Shown piece after piece: positions 47,840-57,091 of a stretch of DNA of 64,000 nt. This stretch comes from a virus (Duplodnaviria; Caudoviricetes). The stretch is taken from the IMG/VR virus record IMGVR_UViG_2823592041_000002, positions 32,001 through 96,000 of that record, one strand, 5' to 3'. The position numbers and the translations under genes were made by a program. Below the pieces are notes generated by a model that worked only from the letters and a program-made list of their open reading frames with translations, made no database searches and was not told the origin of the DNA. Each line of letters begins with the position of its first letter. The first letter of the stretch is position 1.

Positions 47840-48897
47840 TGAAATTGGCTTTAATCACCGACACACATTTCGGTGGTAGAAATGATAGTCAAATTTTCAA
47901 TGATTATTTCTTCAAGTTCTGGGAGGAAGAGTTTTTCCCAACAGTTCTAAAGAAGAAAATAAAAAAAGTGATTCATCTCGGTGATATCTTTGATAGAAGG
48001 AAATTTGCAAATATTAAAACACTGAACTCTTTTAGGGAAAGATTTATTGAATGGTTTGAAAGGAATGGAGTAGAACTTCATATAATTGTGGGAAATCATG
48101 ATGTCTACTACAAAGATACAAACCGTGTAAACTCCCCAAAAGAAATATTTGGTGATAGGTATAAGAAAGTTAAAATCTACGAAGACCCTGAGATAGTTAA
48201 GTTCGGTAAAACTAAAATATTATTCTTACCTTGGATCAATAGAGAGAATGGTGAGAAGTCTATGGAGTTGATTAATTCTAATGAAGCTTCAGTTGTTATG
48301 GGTCATCTTGAACTCAATGGTTTTAAGATGTATAAAAACTCTTTTTGTTATCATGGAATGAATCATACGGTTTTCAATAGCTATGACCTTGTAATGACAG
48401 GACATTATCATCATAAATCTACAGTGGGGAATATTGCTTACTTGGGGAGTACTTATGAAATCACTTGGGCTGATTATAATGATCCAAGAGGTTATCATAT
48501 TTTTGATACAAACACTCTTGATTTGGAGTATTATCAAAACCCTCATAAAATATTTCACAAGATTATTTACAATGATAATGGCGTTGAAACTCTTGATAAG
48601 ATAGTAAAGGACTTCAGTTTTTGTAAGAATAGTTATGTCAAGGTTTTAGTTGAGGCAAAGAACAACCCTTATCTTTTTGATAAGTTTATTGACTCAATTC
48701 AATTACATGAACCTTTTGATTTGTCTATTATTGAAGACTTAAATTTATCCGTTGAAGAAGAGGAGATTGTAAACGAAGCTGAAGATACTGTCACGACACT
48801 TAACAAATATGTCGATGGATTGGATGTAAATGTCAATCTTGATAGATTAAAAGAAGTTCTAATGTCTTTACATAGAGAAGCAATTGATTTACAATAG
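47839..48897 (+). CDS. gp47: Recombination endonuclease subunit gp47 (Mre11-like)
   Basis: DTHFG, HLGD.FD, VGNHD and GHYH phosphoesterase motifs. Confidence 0.95.
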   Translation: MKLALITDTHFGGRNDSQIFNDYFFKFWEEEFFPTVLKKKIKKVIHLGDIFDRRKFANIKTLNSFRERFIEWFERNGVELHIIVGNHDVYYKDTNRVNSPKEIFGDRYKKVKIYEDPEIVKFGKTKILFLPWINRENGEKSMELINSNEASVVMGHLELNGFKMYKNSFCYHGMNHTVFNSYDLVMTGHYHHKSTVGNIAYLGSTYEITWADYNDPRGYHIFDTNTLDLEYYQNPHKIFHKIIYNDNGVETLDKIVKDFSFCKNSYVKVLVEAKNNPYLFDKFIDSIQLHEPFDLSIIEDLNLSVEEEEIVNEAEDTVTTLNKYVDGLDVNVNLDRLKEVLMSLHREAIDLQ

Positions 48898-48903
48898 AGT
48901 ATT

Positions 48904-50613
48904 ATGATAATTTTTACAAAAGTTCGTTACAAAAATTTTCTTTCTACTGGTAATTACTTTAATGAAATAGTTTTGGATAACAGTCCTTCAACTTTAGTCA
49001 TGGGTAAGAATGGTGGAGGGAAGTCAACATTCTTAGATGCTATCTGTTTTGGTTTATTTGGTAAAGCATTCAGAAATATCAATAAGAACCAAATGATAAA
49101 TTCTATAAATGAAAAGGGTACAGTAGTTGAGATTGAATTCTCTATAGGTTCAAAAGAATATATGGTGAGAAGGGGTATCAAACCCAACATCTTTGAAATA
49201 TATCTGAACGGTGAGTTTATTAATCAGTCAGCTGATGCTAGAGATTTCCAAAAGAAACTTGAAAAAACTATTCTCAAGATGAACTATAAATCTTTCACAC
49301 AGATAGTCATTTTAGGTTCCTCTAGTTTTACACCCTTTATGAAACTCTCAAGCAATAATAGAAGGGATGTGATTGAAGATATTTTGGATATTGATATATT
49401 CAGTATTATGAACACACTTCTAAAGGAAAGATCTTCTGTACTTAAAACTGATATGTCACAGAATGATTATGATATTAAGTCTCTCGAATCTGGTATTGAG
49501 ATGAAAGAGGAGTACATTGAGAAATTGAAGGGTACTAAACAAGATAGAGTTGAATCAATCAGAAAAAATATTCAAGATTGTAAGAATACAATATGCGAAT
49601 TACAGCTCCAAATTGATACAAAGATGGAAGAGATTGAGTTGATAGATGTTGGTGATATTGATAAACTGAATTCTGAACTTGAAAAAACTGTTGATATTTT
49701 CAAGAAAATGAAAAACAATAAAGACAGGCTCAAAAAAGAAAACAAGTTTTTTACGGAGAACAATCATTGTAATACTTGTCATCAAGATATCGATGAGGAA
49801 CTTTCATCTGAAATTATATCAAATAATGAGAATAGGATAACAGAATTAGATTCTGCTTTTGTTGAGATACAGAAGATGATATCAGGTGTCAAAGATTCAA
49901 TCAAAGTTGAACAGGATAAAGTTGATACTGTAAATAAAATCAACACGGAAATACTTAATTTGAATCAAGAGATTGGATTTCAAAATAAGAGTATAGAAAA
50001 ATATGAGAAAGAGATTGAGTTCCTTAAAAATAAGAATGATATGATTGATGGGGAATATGAATCCCTAAATAAAATGAAAGAACAAATTCAAGAATCTCAA
50101 CAAAGTAAAGTTGAATTTTTAGAAAGAAATGAGATCTATAATATATGTAGCGTCTTATTAAAAGATTCTGGTATTAAAACTAGAATCATAAAACAATATC
50201 TTCCGATTATGAACAAATTAATCAATGGGTATTTGAATGATTTTGATTTCTTTGCTAATTTCAATCTTGACGAAAACTTCAATGAAGTGATAAAATCAAG
50301 ACATAGGGATGAATTTTCTTATGATTCATTCTCAGAAGGTGAAAAACAGAGAATAGATTTAGCAATTCTTTTCACATGGAGAGAAGTAGCTAGAATGAAA
50401 AACTCTGTAAACACTAATTTACTAATATTAGATGAGGTATTTGATTCTTCACTTGATGCTGAAGGAACAGAAAACTTTATGAAGGTTATGAACACCTTAG
50501 AAGGTAAGGGTCTAAACACCTTTGTAATATCACACAAAACAGATTTATTAGCCGATAAATTTGACAAACAAATTAAATTTGAGAAAATTGGTAACTTCTC
50601 TCACAAAAAATAG
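48904..50613 (+). CDS. gp46: Recombination ATPase subunit gp46 (Rad50/SbcC-like)
   Basis: GKNGGGKST, CNTC hook, FSEGEK and LDEVFD. Confidence 0.95.
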   Translation: MIIFTKVRYKNFLSTGNYFNEIVLDNSPSTLVMGKNGGGKSTFLDAICFGLFGKAFRNINKNQMINSINEKGTVVEIEFSIGSKEYMVRRGIKPNIFEIYLNGEFINQSADARDFQKKLEKTILKMNYKSFTQIVILGSSSFTPFMKLSSNNRRDVIEDILDIDIFSIMNTLLKERSSVLKTDMSQNDYDIKSLESGIEMKEEYIEKLKGTKQDRVESIRKNIQDCKNTICELQLQIDTKMEEIELIDVGDIDKLNSELEKTVDIFKKMKNNKDRLKKENKFFTENNHCNTCHQDIDEELSSEIISNNENRITELDSAFVEIQKMISGVKDSIKVEQDKVDTVNKINTEILNLNQEIGFQNKSIEKYEKEIEFLKNKNDMIDGEYESLNKMKEQIQESQQSKVEFLERNEIYNICSVLLKDSGIKTRIIKQYLPIMNKLINGYLNDFDFFANFNLDENFNEVIKSRHRDEFSYDSFSEGEKQRIDLAILFTWREVARMKNSVNTNLLILDEVFDSSLDAEGTENFMKVMNTLEGKGLNTFVISHKTDLLADKFDKQIKFEKIGNFSHKK

Positions 50614-50642
50614 TTGACAAACATTTCAAAATGTGTCATAAT
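50614..50642 (+). promoter_or_regulatory. Sigma70-type promoter for the gp45 operon
   Basis: TTGACA-N17-CATAAT with TG extension. Confidence 0.75.
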
Positions 50643-50675
50643 AGTAGTATGACATTTAACTAGGAGATCTATATT

Positions 50676-51365
50676 ATGAGTGCAATTTCCGTATCTGAGG
50701 ATACTTTAAGAACCTTAAAAAACCTTGCCAGTATTAACCAGAGTTTACTTTTCACATCTGGTAATACTTTATCCACCATTAACAGTAGTAACAATGTTTT
50801 ATGTACTGCTCAGATTTCAGAAGATTTACCAGCTGAGTTTGGTATCTATGATCTGAATAATTTGTTGGGTACACTTTCTTTATTTAACAATCCACAATTG
50901 GATATTAATTCAACCGATGGTTACATGACTATTCGTGACGGTGAGAATGCTTCAACTACCGTTAAATACACTTTCGCAAGTAGGAATTTGATAAAAGTTC
51001 CACCAAAAAATCATATCGACTTACCGAGTGAAGATGTTTCATTCACACTCGATGCAGACACCTTAGCTAAACTACAGAAAGCTAGTTCTGTTATGGGTCT
51101 CCAGTACCTATTTGTAAACGGTTCTGGAGGGGTTATTACGGTTGAACTGGGTAAACCTAGTGATGCTAATAGTAATCGTTTTAGAATCGTTGTAGGGGAA
51201 ACACCACATGAGTTCTCTTTCATCTTCTTGATGGAGAATATCAAACTTTTGCCAGATGATTATGATGTTGTGATTTCATCTCAATGTATCTCACAATTCA
51301 CATCTGTAAATTCTAACAGAACGTATTGGATATCAACAGAAACTGGTTCTAAATTTAATTCATAA
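50676..51365 (+). CDS. gp45: Sliding clamp gp45
   Basis: T...LKN.ASINQS, FGIYDLN..LG and ENIKLLP.DY.V motifs. Confidence 0.93.
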   Translation: MSAISVSEDTLRTLKNLASINQSLLFTSGNTLSTINSSNNVLCTAQISEDLPAEFGIYDLNNLLGTLSLFNNPQLDINSTDGYMTIRDGENASTTVKYTFASRNLIKVPPKNHIDLPSEDVSFTLDADTLAKLQKASSVMGLQYLFVNGSGGVITVELGKPSDANSNRFRIVVGETPHEFSFIFLMENIKLLPDDYDVVISSQCISQFTSVNSNRTYWISTETGSKFNS

Positions 51366-51373
51366 GGAGTGTT

Positions 51374-52321
51374 ATGAATATCGGTGAAGAGTATATCTGG
51401 GCTCAGAAGTATCGTCCTAAAACAATCGAAGAGTGTATTATTATAGATGAACTCAAAGATAAGTTCCAAAATTTTGTAGAGAATGGAGATTTACCTAATC
51501 TATTACTTTACGGAACTGCTGGGACAGGTAAAACAACTGTAGCAAAAGCAGTATTGGAAACTCTTGGTTGTGATTACATAGAAATCAACGGTTCACTTGA
51601 AGGAAGAAATATTGACACCTTGAGGAACACTATCAAGAGTTTTGCTAGTTCTGTATCTTTTACTGGTGGTAGGAAGTTTGTATTGTTAGATGAGGCCGAT
51701 GGTTTGAATCCTACTTCATTACAACCTGCTTTGCGTGGGTTTATGGAGGAGTTTTCTGCTAACTGCGGTTTCATTCTAACATGTAACTTCAAAGACAAAA
51801 TTATCAAACCATTACATTCAAGGTGTAGTGTAATAAATTTTGTTATTCCTAAAGATAAGAAACCTGTAATGGCCGCTGCCTTCTATAAAAGAGTTTGCGA
51901 GATTCTTGTAAAAGAAGGCGTTGAATATGATAAGGGAGTTGTTGTAAAATTAATACAAAAACACTTTCCTGATTTCAGAAGAGTATTGAATGAGTTACAA
52001 CAATGTGCTAGTTCTTCTGGCGGTATTACCAGTGATGTTTTGATTTCTAATGATGTAGCTATGGATGAACTTATAGTTCATTTAAAGAGTAAGAACTTTT
52101 CAAAGATGCGTGAATGGGTTTCCAATCATGGTGATACTGACCCAGAAAGATTCTTCAGAAAACTTTACGATGGGATGTATGAGTGGATGAAACCTGAGAC
52201 TATTCCAACAGTTGTTGTAACTCTTGCTGAATATCAGTACAAAGCATGTTTTGTTGCTGATCAAGAGATTAATATTGTTGCTTGTCTCACTGAACTTATG
52301 GCTAATGAGGTTTGTAAATGA
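51374..52321 (+). CDS. gp44: Clamp loader large subunit gp44
   Basis: W.QKYRP, GTAGTGKTT, LDEAD, SRC and FPDFRR. Confidence 0.95.
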   Translation: MNIGEEYIWAQKYRPKTIEECIIIDELKDKFQNFVENGDLPNLLLYGTAGTGKTTVAKAVLETLGCDYIEINGSLEGRNIDTLRNTIKSFASSVSFTGGRKFVLLDEADGLNPTSLQPALRGFMEEFSANCGFILTCNFKDKIIKPLHSRCSVINFVIPKDKKPVMAAAFYKRVCEILVKEGVEYDKGVVVKLIQKHFPDFRRVLNELQQCASSSGGITSDVLISNDVAMDELIVHLKSKNFSKMREWVSNHGDTDPERFFRKLYDGMYEWMKPETIPTVVVTLAEYQYKACFVADQEINIVACLTELMANEVCK

Positions 52322-52809
52322 AATTATTTGAAGAACTTGAAGATGAAGTTAAATTTGACGATGAGGATTATTCAAAAGAGAGTTATTGTCCATTTAAGTT
52401 CTTTTTGGGTTCTATAAATATAACCAAAGAGAATGTTTTGTTGGATGATAGTAATGGTAAGATAGAGGAAGCATACAATCCTTTTATTATTAATAAGACT
52501 TTATCATACTTTCCCGATACCATTATGCAGTCCAATACAATGAACCAATTTTTCGATATTGACAAGAAGTTGCAATATGAGTTTTTACTAAATAGTATTA
52601 GAAAGAAAAAAAGATTTAGTAGATGGATTAAGTCAAACATTGAGGAGAATGTTGACACCGTAAAGCAATATTACAAAGTTGGAAACGAAAAGGCTGTTGA
52701 AATATTATCTTTACTTAATGATGAACAAATATCTATAATAAAAAGTGAATTGAGTGAAGGTGGAGTAAGTGGAAGAAGAAACAATAGTACAAGGATTCGT
52801 GGAGATTAA
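52318..52809 (+). CDS. gp62: Clamp loader small subunit gp62
   Basis: YNPFIIN..LS.F.D, LQYEF..N.IRK.KRFS.W and VKQYY motifs. Confidence 0.9.
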   Translation: MKLFEELEDEVKFDDEDYSKESYCPFKFFLGSINITKENVLLDDSNGKIEEAYNPFIINKTLSYFPDTIMQSNTMNQFFDIDKKLQYEFLLNSIRKKKRFSRWIKSNIEENVDTVKQYYKVGNEKAVEILSLLNDEQISIIKSELSEGGVSGRRNNSTRIRGD

Positions 52810-53167
52810 ATTGAGGAAGTCCGAAGATTTTCTGAAGATTAAAGAAACCTTAACAAGAATCGGGATACCTTCTATAAAAGAAAGAAAGTTGTATCAATCT
52901 TGTCATATTTTACATAAAAGAGGTAAATATTATATTGTTCATTTTAAAGAATTATTTAAACTAGACGGAAAAAATACGGAAATTGAAGAAGAAGATATTC
53001 AGAGAAGAAATTTAATTTGTTCCCTCTTAGAAGAGTGGGAGTTGGTTGAATTAGTTGATAAAAATAAAATTGAAGATAAACTTCATATAAAAAAAATAAA
53101 AATAATTCCATTCTCAAAAAAGAGTGAATGGGAACTTATAGCAAAATATAATATTGGTAAATATTGA
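52769..53167 (+). CDS. regA: Translational repressor RegA
   Basis: DFLKIKETLTRIGI, LYQSCHILHKRGKYYIVHFKELF.LDG and W.L..KYNIG. Confidence 0.95.
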   Translation: MEEETIVQGFVEIKLRKSEDFLKIKETLTRIGIPSIKERKLYQSCHILHKRGKYYIVHFKELFKLDGKNTEIEEEDIQRRNLICSLLEEWELVELVDKNKIEDKLHIKKIKIIPFSKKSEWELIAKYNIGKY

Positions 53168-53180
53168 CATTAAATTTGAT

Positions 53181-53281
53181 TCTGACTTTGTGAGGTCAGA
53201 CTTATAAACTAAACAAAGATGCCGATTTTCGGGTCTTTATTACTCAACTTGCTTATTTAAGGAGTTGACCAAGGAGTTATT
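53181..53281 (+). promoter_or_regulatory. Structured hsp20 5' leader, ROSE-like RNA thermometer candidate
   Basis: Three hairpins; the last has UUGCU with a bulged G paired to AAGGAG. Confidence 0.55.
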
Positions 53282-53686
53282 ATGCAAATGTCGAAATTTT
53301 TTGAGTTGGCGATTGCTGACAGTTTTTTAAAGGACAGTTTCAGTTTCAAGGCTGAATCTAGTTATTATCCCCCACACAACATTTTAAAACATAACGATAA
53401 TAAGTTTGTTTTGGAAATTGCTGTTGCTGGTTTTAAACAAGAAGATTTAAATGTCATTTTAGACAAAAACACTTTAATTGTTACAGGTGATAGGAGAAAA
53501 GATCAAAATTCTGATTCTTTTGATTATCTTCATAAAGGTATTGGAACTAGAAGTTTTAACAAATCTTTCGTTTTGGAAAGATATTTAATAGTGAAAGATG
53601 TAAAACTTTCTGATGGGATTTTAAAAATAGTTCTAGAAAGAGTTGTGCCTGAAGAGGAACAACCCAGAATTCTAGAAATAGGATAA
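53282..53686 (+). CDS. hsp20: Small heat-shock protein (Hsp20/IbpA-like)
   Basis: YPPHNI, LEIAVAGF, YLHKGIGTRSF, DGIL.I.L and VPEE..PR.LEI. Confidence 0.93.
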   Translation: MQMSKFFELAIADSFLKDSFSFKAESSYYPPHNILKHNDNKFVLEIAVAGFKQEDLNVILDKNTLIVTGDRRKDQNSDSFDYLHKGIGTRSFNKSFVLERYLIVKDVKLSDGILKIVLERVVPEEEQPRILEIG

Positions 53687-53700
53687 CAAAATTTAAACAC

Positions 53701-53724
53701 GGTGAGGGGGTAAAACCTCTCACC
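53701..53724 (+). terminator. Hairpin after hsp20 (weak U-tract)
   Basis: GGTGAGGGG-GTAAAA-CCTCTCACC. Confidence 0.5.
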
Positions 53725-53732
53725 TATATATT

Positions 53733-54230
53733 ATGATGCACACAAATTTTATTTTATTAATGACAATATTTTTATGTAACAGTTTTTATTCAGATTTTAC
53801 TTTTGAAAAACCCTCAAGAACTGTTGACAGAGTTTTTATCCATTGTAGCGATAGTGACTGGAAACACCACGATGACATTTCTGTTATTAGAAAATGGCAT
53901 GTAGACCAGAACGGTTGGGATCAAGTTGGATACCATTATTTTATAAAAAGAAATGGGACCATTCAAAAAGGTAGAAGTTTAGAACTCACACCTTCAGCTC
54001 AAAAAAGACATAATGTTAGAACAATAGCTATATGCCTACACGGTAGAAAAAAATTCACAAAAAAACAATTTAAATCTTTGAGAAAATTATGCTCAGAGAT
54101 TCAAAAATCATATAAAGGTAAGGTGACTTTCCATGGACATAAGGAAGTTGCTAGAGAAAAAACTTGTCCAAATTTTGATTACGTTAAAGTGTTGAACCTA
54201 GATGGCCACGGACGTATGAAGGGAATATAA
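53733..54230 (+). CDS. N-acetylmuramoyl-L-alanine amidase (T7 lysozyme/Amidase_2 type) with a hydrophobic N-terminus
   Basis: IHCS, I..WH...GW..VGYHY.I, GR, HGH.E...KTCP.F; N-terminal FILLMTIFLC. Confidence 0.88.
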   Translation: MMHTNFILLMTIFLCNSFYSDFTFEKPSRTVDRVFIHCSDSDWKHHDDISVIRKWHVDQNGWDQVGYHYFIKRNGTIQKGRSLELTPSAQKRHNVRTIAICLHGRKKFTKKQFKSLRKLCSEIQKSYKGKVTFHGHKEVAREKTCPNFDYVKVLNLDGHGRMKGI

Positions 54231-54231
54231 A

Positions 54232-54531
54232 ATGAATATTTATGCGATGAGACTAAAAACAGGTGAGGAAGTGATTTTTAGAACAGAGACTAACTTTACA
54301 ACGTTGGTTGAATCTATTAATCAGAATATTCTAATTAAAGTTGAGAAGCCTGTAACTATGTTGCCAGTTGAAAATAAAGTGACTTTTGTACCTTGGGTTT
54401 TCTTTGCAAAAGAAGATTCCTTTACAGTTAGCACACAAGATGTTGTTTTATTTTATCACGCACAAGACCAGATAGAAGGTGAATATAGGAGAATGACTAG
54501 CGGTATTATTACCAGCCCATCTTTAGCATAA
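54232..54531 (+). CDS. Conserved T4-like hypothetical protein (probable Sm-like fold)
   Basis: RLKTGEEVI...PV.M...FVPW...Y...TSGII pattern; lies before gp43. Confidence 0.6.
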   Translation: MNIYAMRLKTGEEVIFRTETNFTTLVESINQNILIKVEKPVTMLPVENKVTFVPWVFFAKEDSFTVSTQDVVLFYHAQDQIEGEYRRMTSGIITSPSLA

Positions 54532-54534
54532 CAC

Positions 54535-54563
54535 TTGACTTTTCCGTTTTATTTTATTATAAT
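54535..54563 (+). promoter_or_regulatory. Sigma70-type promoter for gp43
   Basis: TTGACT-N17-TATAAT. Confidence 0.8.
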
Positions 54564-54583
54564 AGTAAAAGAAAAGAGGTTTT

Positions 54584-57055
54584 ATGCGTTTCTATACGTC
54601 AGTTAATTCCGTCAATGACAAAATGTGTGTCAGAGGTTTTGTCAACGGTAAAAGATTTATTGATAGAGTTCCCTATCAACCTGCTATGTTTATGAAATGT
54701 AATGCAAGTGAGGTTACAAAATATAAAGATATCTATGGCAACCCCCTAAAGAAGATTGTCTTCCAAGGTCTTCAAGAAGCTAAAGATAAGTGTTTCCAAA
54801 AGACTACAAGAGAAGATTATCATGGGATGGCAAACTTTGAGTATTCTTATATTTCTGACAATTACCCAGAAGATATAGAATTTGATCCTAAATTGGTGAA
54901 GAAACTATATCTCGATATTGAGGTTTCTTCTGAGAATGGTTTTCCAAAACCAGAAGAAGCTTCAGAACCTGTAACTGCAATTACGGTTTCTGATGGTAAG
55001 AGGTACTTTGTTTTTGGGTTGAAAGATTACAAACCACACAAAGAGAATATCCATTATAAGAAGTGTAGTTCAGAACATGAATTGTTATATTACTTTGTCA
55101 AGTTTTGGGTTGGTTTTGAGGTTGATATTATTACAGGCTGGAACACTAAGTATTTCGATATCCCATATCTTGTCAACCGCATCAAAGCACTTTTAGGTGA
55201 TAGGGAATCTAAAAAACTGTCACCATTCGGTGTTATTCGTGAACGAACTGTCCAGAAACATGCAAACCTTTCAGTGCAAACTTACAATCTTTTAGGTGTT
55301 TCCGATTTAGATTATCTTGAAATGTACAGAAAGTTTACATTCTCTAATCAAGAAAGTTACAGACTTGATCATATTGCTTCTGTTGAGCTTGGTGAAAAGA
55401 AACTGGACTACTCTGAGTATGAAGGACTTTTTGACCTTTATGAAAAAGACTATCAGAAGTTTGTTGAATATAATGTGAAAGACGTTGAGTTGATTGTTCG
55501 ACTTGAAGAGAAACTTGGTTTCATCGAAATGGTGCAGACGATGGCTTATGATGCAAAAGTGAATTATGATGACACTTTTTATCAAGTTCGTATGTGGGAT
55601 GTTATTATCTTCAATGCACTAAGAAAAAAGAATGTTGTAGTTCCACCAAAAATCAAACAACCAAGTCAACCATTTGAAGGCGCTTATGTTAAAGAACCTA
55701 AGTCTGGATACTATGAATGGGTGACTTCTTTTGACTTGAACTCTCTATATCCCCACATCATTATGCAATGGAACAGCTCACCCGAAACTCTTAAAAGAAA
55801 AAATGAACATGTTACTGTGAATGATTTACTCAATCAGGTCTATGAACCAGACATAAATGACAAGGAGTCTATGATGGCTAATGGTTCTGTTTATGACAGG
55901 ACTAAGACTGGTATTCTACCTGCCCTGATGTCTAAAATGTATCAGGATAGGAAAATATACAAGAAAGAGATGATCAAGTTACAGAAGGAGTATGAGAGAA
56001 CCAAAGACCATAAAACTAAGATGTTGGCAGACAAGTATTACAATCTTCAGTTAGTTAAGAAGATTCAATTGAACTCTGCTTATGGTGCGATTGGAAACAG
56101 GTTCTTTAGATTCTTTGATGTTCGTATTGCAGAAGGTATCACAACATCTGGACAGTTAGTTATTCGATGGGCTGAGAAAAAGATGAACGAGTTTCTAAGT
56201 AAGAGATTTGGTAACGATGAAAAAGATTTCGTAATTGCTTCTGACACAGATTCTCTTTATCTTGATCTTTCGGATTATGTCAAAGAGATGGACACCAAAG
56301 ACAAAACAGAAATCACCGACAAACTGAATTTGATTTCACAGAACGAGATTCAGCCGTACATGGAACAGTTCTATGATGAATTGAAAGATTATCTGAATTG
56401 TCCAAAACAAAAGATGGTTATGGAACGAGAAGTGATTGCTGATCAGGGTATATGGATTGGTAAGAAACACTACGTTCTCAATGTTCTTGATTCAGAGGGT
56501 GTTCGTTATGAAAAACCCAAACTCAAGATGATGGGTATATCTGCGGTGAAGAGTTCCACACCAGCTATCTGTCGTGATAATATTAAGAAGTCGATTGATA
56601 TTTTGATGAATGGTAATCAAGAGGAATTGTTTGATTTTCTTGAAACCGCAAAAGAAAACTTCATGAAAGCTAATCCAGAGGATGTGATGTTTCCAAGGGG
56701 TGTCAATAATCTAAAAAAGTATGCGGATAGGGATACACTTTACACAAAAGGTACTCCAATACATGTTAAAGGTTCCTTGTTGTTCAATAAATACTTAGTC
56801 GAAAAGAACCTTGATAAAAAGTATGAAAAGATAGAAGAAGGTGAAAAGATCAAGTTCTGTTATCTAAAACAACCCAACCCAATATTCGATACTGTTTTTG
56901 CAGTCAAGAATGTCCTACCAAAAGAGTTTGGATTGGAAGAGTTTATCGACTATGAAAAACAATGGGAGAAAGCTTTCCTTGAATCTGTTGAAGATATTGT
57001 TGATGCTAGAGGTTGGAAGACAAAAAAATCTTCAAGTTTGTTTGACTTTTTCTAA
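54584..57055 (+). CDS. gp43: Family B DNA polymerase gp43
   Basis: Exonuclease LDIE, GWN..FD, YN..DV; polymerase SFDLNSLYP, KIQLNSAYG, SDTDS and KKHY. Confidence 0.97.
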   Translation: MRFYTSVNSVNDKMCVRGFVNGKRFIDRVPYQPAMFMKCNASEVTKYKDIYGNPLKKIVFQGLQEAKDKCFQKTTREDYHGMANFEYSYISDNYPEDIEFDPKLVKKLYLDIEVSSENGFPKPEEASEPVTAITVSDGKRYFVFGLKDYKPHKENIHYKKCSSEHELLYYFVKFWVGFEVDIITGWNTKYFDIPYLVNRIKALLGDRESKKLSPFGVIRERTVQKHANLSVQTYNLLGVSDLDYLEMYRKFTFSNQESYRLDHIASVELGEKKLDYSEYEGLFDLYEKDYQKFVEYNVKDVELIVRLEEKLGFIEMVQTMAYDAKVNYDDTFYQVRMWDVIIFNALRKKNVVVPPKIKQPSQPFEGAYVKEPKSGYYEWVTSFDLNSLYPHIIMQWNSSPETLKRKNEHVTVNDLLNQVYEPDINDKESMMANGSVYDRTKTGILPALMSKMYQDRKIYKKEMIKLQKEYERTKDHKTKMLADKYYNLQLVKKIQLNSAYGAIGNRFFRFFDVRIAEGITTSGQLVIRWAEKKMNEFLSKRFGNDEKDFVIASDTDSLYLDLSDYVKEMDTKDKTEITDKLNLISQNEIQPYMEQFYDELKDYLNCPKQKMVMEREVIADQGIWIGKKHYVLNVLDSEGVRYEKPKLKMMGISAVKSSTPAICRDNIKKSIDILMNGNQEELFDFLETAKENFMKANPEDVMFPRGVNNLKKYADRDTLYTKGTPIHVKGSLLFNKYLVEKNLDKKYEKIEEGEKIKFCYLKQPNPIFDTVFAVKNVLPKEFGLEEFIDYEKQWEKAFLESVEDIVDARGWKTKKSSSLFDFF

Positions 57056-57070
57056 AATATATGTTATTAT
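57042..57070 (+). promoter_or_regulatory. Sigma70-type promoter for uvsX
   Basis: TTGACT-N17-TATTAT with TG extension. Confidence 0.65.
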
Positions 57071-57091
57071 AGTTTTATAGGAGTAAAAAAT

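Noticed and set aside
53181-53200. CIRCE (HrcA) operator upstream of hsp20
   Set aside because: Inverted repeat does not match TTAGCACTC-N9-GAGTGCTAA
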